A stretch of DNA of 64,000 nt from Octopus vulgaris (lineage: Eukaryota), in NCBI GenBank assembly GCA_951406725.2, contig OX597832.1, positions 32,364,001-32,428,000 of the forward strand, read 5' to 3'. Every line of letters begins with the position of its first letter. The stretch's first letter is position 1. The translations under genes and the position numbers were made by a program. Shown here piece after piece: positions 59,010-64,000 of the stretch. The notes below the pieces were generated by a model. The model was not told the origin of the DNA. It searched no databases and worked only from the letters and a program-made list of their open reading frames with translations.

Positions 59010-59687
59010 TATTTATTTTTATATTTGTATTTAATACAGACACGCTTCAAATGTATGATTCAGCTAGAAATGAATGTACGTAGGAATGTAAATATATGTA
59101 TATGAGGTGTTTGTGCATGTGTCTGTGCAATGTGCACGTGACCATGCGTGTGTTTATGCAGTCCTATGTGTGTCTGTGAGTTTGTATGCGTGAGGTCGTC
59201 TGAAACTCAAGCGTCAAAATCATGACATTCTAGAAACTTCGTAACTGATCGCGGTTCTAAAGAAAGAAAGAAACTCAGAAAACCTGCACTCACACTTGTT
59301 TCGACTTTCGGCCTGTTACTATGTAACAGAGAATATATATCTGATGTATATATGTCCAAGTATCTTTGGAAGTCACTAGCTACTTGACACAATTTTGTGA
59401 TTTTATCAAATTATTGGGAATTGAAAACAATTGTAAAAAGTTTAACAATTGAAAATGTACAAAAAATAAGACCCAGAATAATAGACGGTTGTAGAATGTT
59501 CAGCTGTGAAGTAGAATAAGGGGGAGCGAAAAAGAAGGAGAGTGAGAATATGAAGGAAGATATTTAGAAACAGTAAATAAATTATTTACAAATGAATTTG
59601 AGGAGGAGCGAGGGAGAATGAAAAATACGAAAGAGATAAGATTACACATAAAATAAAGGAGGCAGAATGTTGGCTCCTTTTCAAACA

Positions 59688-59870
59688 TGTGGCCAAATCA
59701 ATCGAGCGTCGAGTAAAATGTCTTGCAGAAATTCCTCCGGTTCTTTGTTTTCTGCGTTCTAATACAACGGAGGAAGGCATAGCCTTTCATCTTTTCAGTC
59801 AAATACTGGAGTCGATGTTATTGATTAGCAGTTTCACACAAAATTGATGGACTTGCGCCAACATTAAGGA
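59688..59870 (+). mobile_element. Degraded SINE family B monomer
   Basis: TGCGTTCTAAT..GCCTTTCATCTTTTC..TACTGGAGTCGATGT..GGACTTGCGCC. Confidence 0.65.
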
Positions 59871-60086
59871 AATACATTTTGCGGAAAGGAAATGTAAAAG
59901 GCAGGAAGAATAAACAAGAAAAATTGCGAGACAGAAGGATCAGAAGAACGGAAGAAAACATCTTTTCTGAACAAATGTAAACACGAACAAATGTTAATAT
60001 ATTATGATTAAAAGTACAAATACATACATATATGAATACATATATACACACATACATACATATATATATATATATAGATATATATT

Positions 60087-60164
<78 letters not shown>

Positions 60165-60609
60165 TGTGTATGTGTAATGATTTATCCTTCACTTGCTTTA
60201 ATCAGAAGACCGCGGTGAAGCTATGGTGTGTCATCCTCTTTTTGTCGAAATGCGGGAAATTAACACACGAACATCACTAGCCAGGTGCTGGTGGAAAAAA
60301 TAAACAAACACAGACCCATATACACATACACAGGTGCACACGCACACACACTCACATAAGAGTGTCCACACCCACACACATACTCACATACACATATATA
60401 AATATACAGTCGACGGGCTTGTTTCAATTTCTGTCCAACATGTAACTTCCCAAGAGTTTGGCCAGTCTGAGTAATAGAATTCAGTTGACTACGGTACAAC
60501 GTTGTGAGGCTCAACATGGAACCATGTAGTTTGGACGCAAACTTTCAAGCACACTCAACCACACCTCATAAATACTTATGTATCTCTCTCTCTCTCTCTC
60601 TCTCTCTCT

Positions 60610-60674
60610 TTATATGTATACATATATATATATATATTCATGTATATATATATACATATATTCATGTATATAGG

Positions 60675-60732
<58 letters not shown>

Positions 60733-60800
60733 TTCATGTATATAGGTATATATGTATGTATATATATATATATACATACATATATACCTATATACATGAA

Positions 60801-60840
<40 letters not shown>

Positions 60841-60850
60841 CCTATATACA

Positions 60851-60898
<48 letters not shown>

Positions 60899-60923
60899 TA
60901 TATATACATATATTCATGTATAT

Positions 60924-60957
<34 letters not shown>

Positions 60958-60960
60958 TAT
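60610..60960. repeat. TA array with a higher-order unit in both orientations
   Basis: CATATATTCATGTATATAGGTAT occurs forward three times and reversed twice (one partial). Confidence 0.92.
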
Positions 60961-61574
60961 ATATTATCTCGAAGTGGGTGTTAACTTCAATGTGTACCTT
61001 GATACGGCGTATATGATTTGATTGAAAAATTAACAGTGTGTTCCTTTATAAATGCTTAAATGAAAGGTAAAATATTCCCATTCTCTGTGTCTGTCTCTCC
61101 TTCTCTCTCTCTCTCTTTCTCTCTCCCTGTGTTTCTCTCTGAAAAGATATCAATCTGAATATCTGTTCTTAATATTTGACAAATCGAACAGAAACTCTTC
61201 TGCTTCCCAGTGTGCCTAAATCATTAAACTTGAAAAGTGTTGTTGCACATTTTCGCGTGATTCAACATTTTCCACCAGATATAAATATTTGTTGTGTTTA
61301 TTTTCACCCTAAATCTATTTTTCAACAAAACAGTCTACACGTCAGAAAGTTAAACCACTTTGTTGACGTAATTCCTTCCATAAACAAAGCTTCATCAATG
61401 TTTATATAATATTGTCTTCGTGATATATTTTATAGTAAATTTTCTGGAATTTATGGAAATCTACACCAAGGCTGTGTGTTGCATATGAATGTCTGTGTGT
61501 GTAACAGGTGCTCTCTGTTTAATGTATTTGTATGAGTGAATTTATATGCACATAAATTTGTGAGTTTACTTTAA

Positions 61575-62020
<446 letters not shown>

Positions 62021-62110
62021 TTTCTTTATCTGTCAATTAATTTCTGCCTGTCTGTTTGTATTTATATATATATATATATATATATAAGTATAAATATATA
62101 TGTATGTACG

Positions 62111-62170
<60 letters not shown>

Positions 62171-62175
62171 GTACG

Positions 62176-62207
<32 letters not shown>

Positions 62208-62257
62208 CATATAACTACTGAAATATATATGTATAGATATCAAAAGCGTGTATGTAC

Positions 62258-62313
<56 letters not shown>

Positions 62314-63609
62314 ACTTAAGCGTAAACATAATCAATGTATTTTTAAATGCATACATGCACACAACCATACACATACACACACACACAAACATAGACTGAT
62401 ACACATATACACAAACACCTGTATATTTGCAAGTAGATAAACACCATTTTGTTTTCTAAATTTCCAAAGTTTGACATTTGAACGTTTAGTCTCCTGTTTC
62501 AAAATCTAAAATTTCTTGTCATTGTTTTTATTCTTTTCTACATCTTTCTCTTAATTCTAATGTTTTCATTCTCTCAAATTGACAATGAAACAAAGTAACA
62601 TCGTAAATATATCTATGTCTCTTTAAAATTCTGCATGTTTATGGCTTTCGTTTATACATTCTGCTATTATTATTATTCCTTGTTGTTATATTATTTGTTT
62701 GTATGTATTTGTTTTCTGTTAGCTTAGGTTTTGTTTTATGATGTTACGTTTGAAGTTTGTTTTTTATTGATTTATAGCATGTTAGGTGGATATGAGATGC
62801 TGGTAATGATGATGATGGCAGAGGAAACGAAGGTGTTAGTGACGATTAGGTTGTTATGCACAGCACATGATACACACAAACATGTCAGTACATATATATC
62901 GGTGTCACTATGCACGTACATATCTTATGTAGGTATGCATTTGAGTATGTATATATGTGTATGTATATATGTTCGTATGTATGTGTGTATGTATGTGCGT
63001 GTATGTATGTATGTATATGTGTATATATGGATGTGTGTGTGCGTATATACTTACCTGCGTTTGCACATGAAAACATGCAACATAAAACTTCATTATCACC
63101 ATCAGCATCATGCACAACATTGAAAACAAACTTTGTTGCTGTCTGTTTATTCTATAACTCTCTGTCTGCCTCGCCTATTATTTAGTTCACTAGCTCCCCA
63201 TATAAATATATATATATATATGTATATATATGCGTGTGTGAGTGCGTGCGTGTGCATGTGCGTGTTGTGTGTGTGTGTATGTATGTGTGTGTGTAAATTG
63301 AATCTAGACAAATAAATCTACTTATTTCTGTAAGCAGATTGCAGTGAGGATGAGGCACTACTGTTTAATTCTGAAACTAAATACTTATCGTATAGGGCTT
63401 TATTGCTGAAAGGTAGTGGGATGTAAACGTACCAACATCGGTTGTCATGCTGTGTAGCAGGACAAACACCTCTTTACGAACTTAGTTCAAACTCCACAGT
63501 CTCTTTCCTCTGTTAGGGTTGGTCACTGGTGCTGATGATATTAAATCCTCTCCTCTTTCAAATTGTTGTCCTAGTTTCAGAAGTTAAACCATTAATTCTC
63601 TAGAAGGAA

Positions 63610-64000
63610 ACGTGACATCATGCTCCTGTCGTATTACAACTTATCTAAAAATCTACTCCTAAGTATTGCAGAGCCTCCGAAACTCTCGAACGTGGAAGGC
63701 ATTCATTCGCAAACTAGGGACCTTCCCTGATTGCTTGTATTAAAAAAGGGAACTCGGTTAAATGCACACAAGACTGTTCGCAATTGGTCCACGGCATGAT
63801 TCGAACTGAACGGAAAGATTCTGAACCAATTGAACAAAGCTTTCGATCTGACCCTTTTAGTCTTTGATCTCCTTCTCATCGAATTCTTCAGTTCACTCCG
63901 AATTCATGTAAAGAAAACTGACTTCACTGGAACTTAAAAGCGTTACACTAATGAAGGATTCTACCTGACCATTTAATGACCCTGCTAATTACGCATTCTA
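63610..64000 (+). mobile_element. Possible decayed CR1/L2-like LINE RT fragment
   Basis: Spaced remnants IAEP, KKG and NKAFD in RT order, across frameshifts. Confidence 0.3.

Noticed and set aside
60610-60960. CRISPR-like repeat and spacer appearance (also at 4023-4294)
   Set aside because: The spacers are TA runs, not unique sequences; no cas genes; eukaryotic context.

Overview
This window is AT-rich eukaryotic DNA saturated with microsatellites. The dense TA/CA/TAA/GATA arrays and the tRNA-derived SINE families look like an octopus (cephalopod) genome, which is an inference from repeat style and not from a search. Nearly all ORFs in the track are translations of simple repeats, and I found no intact, recognisable host gene. 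Supported features are decayed R4/Dong-type non-LTR retrotransposons, an RTE LINE 3' fragment with a 13-bp TSD, an internally deleted mariner with both TIRs, four SINE families (several with TSDs), two fold-back elements and several local duplications. The best leads are: (1) a non-coding element of about 550 bp, present three times and always co-oriented with R4/Dong fragments next to (TAA)n-type arrays; (2) several degenerate hammerhead-like folds, none with an intact core; (3) a YY1/X-box-like motif cluster near 41.6 kb with a speculative phase-compatible minus-strand exon chain; (4) a palindrome built inside a TA array. I cannot support a claim of a clearly new biological system from this sequence alone.
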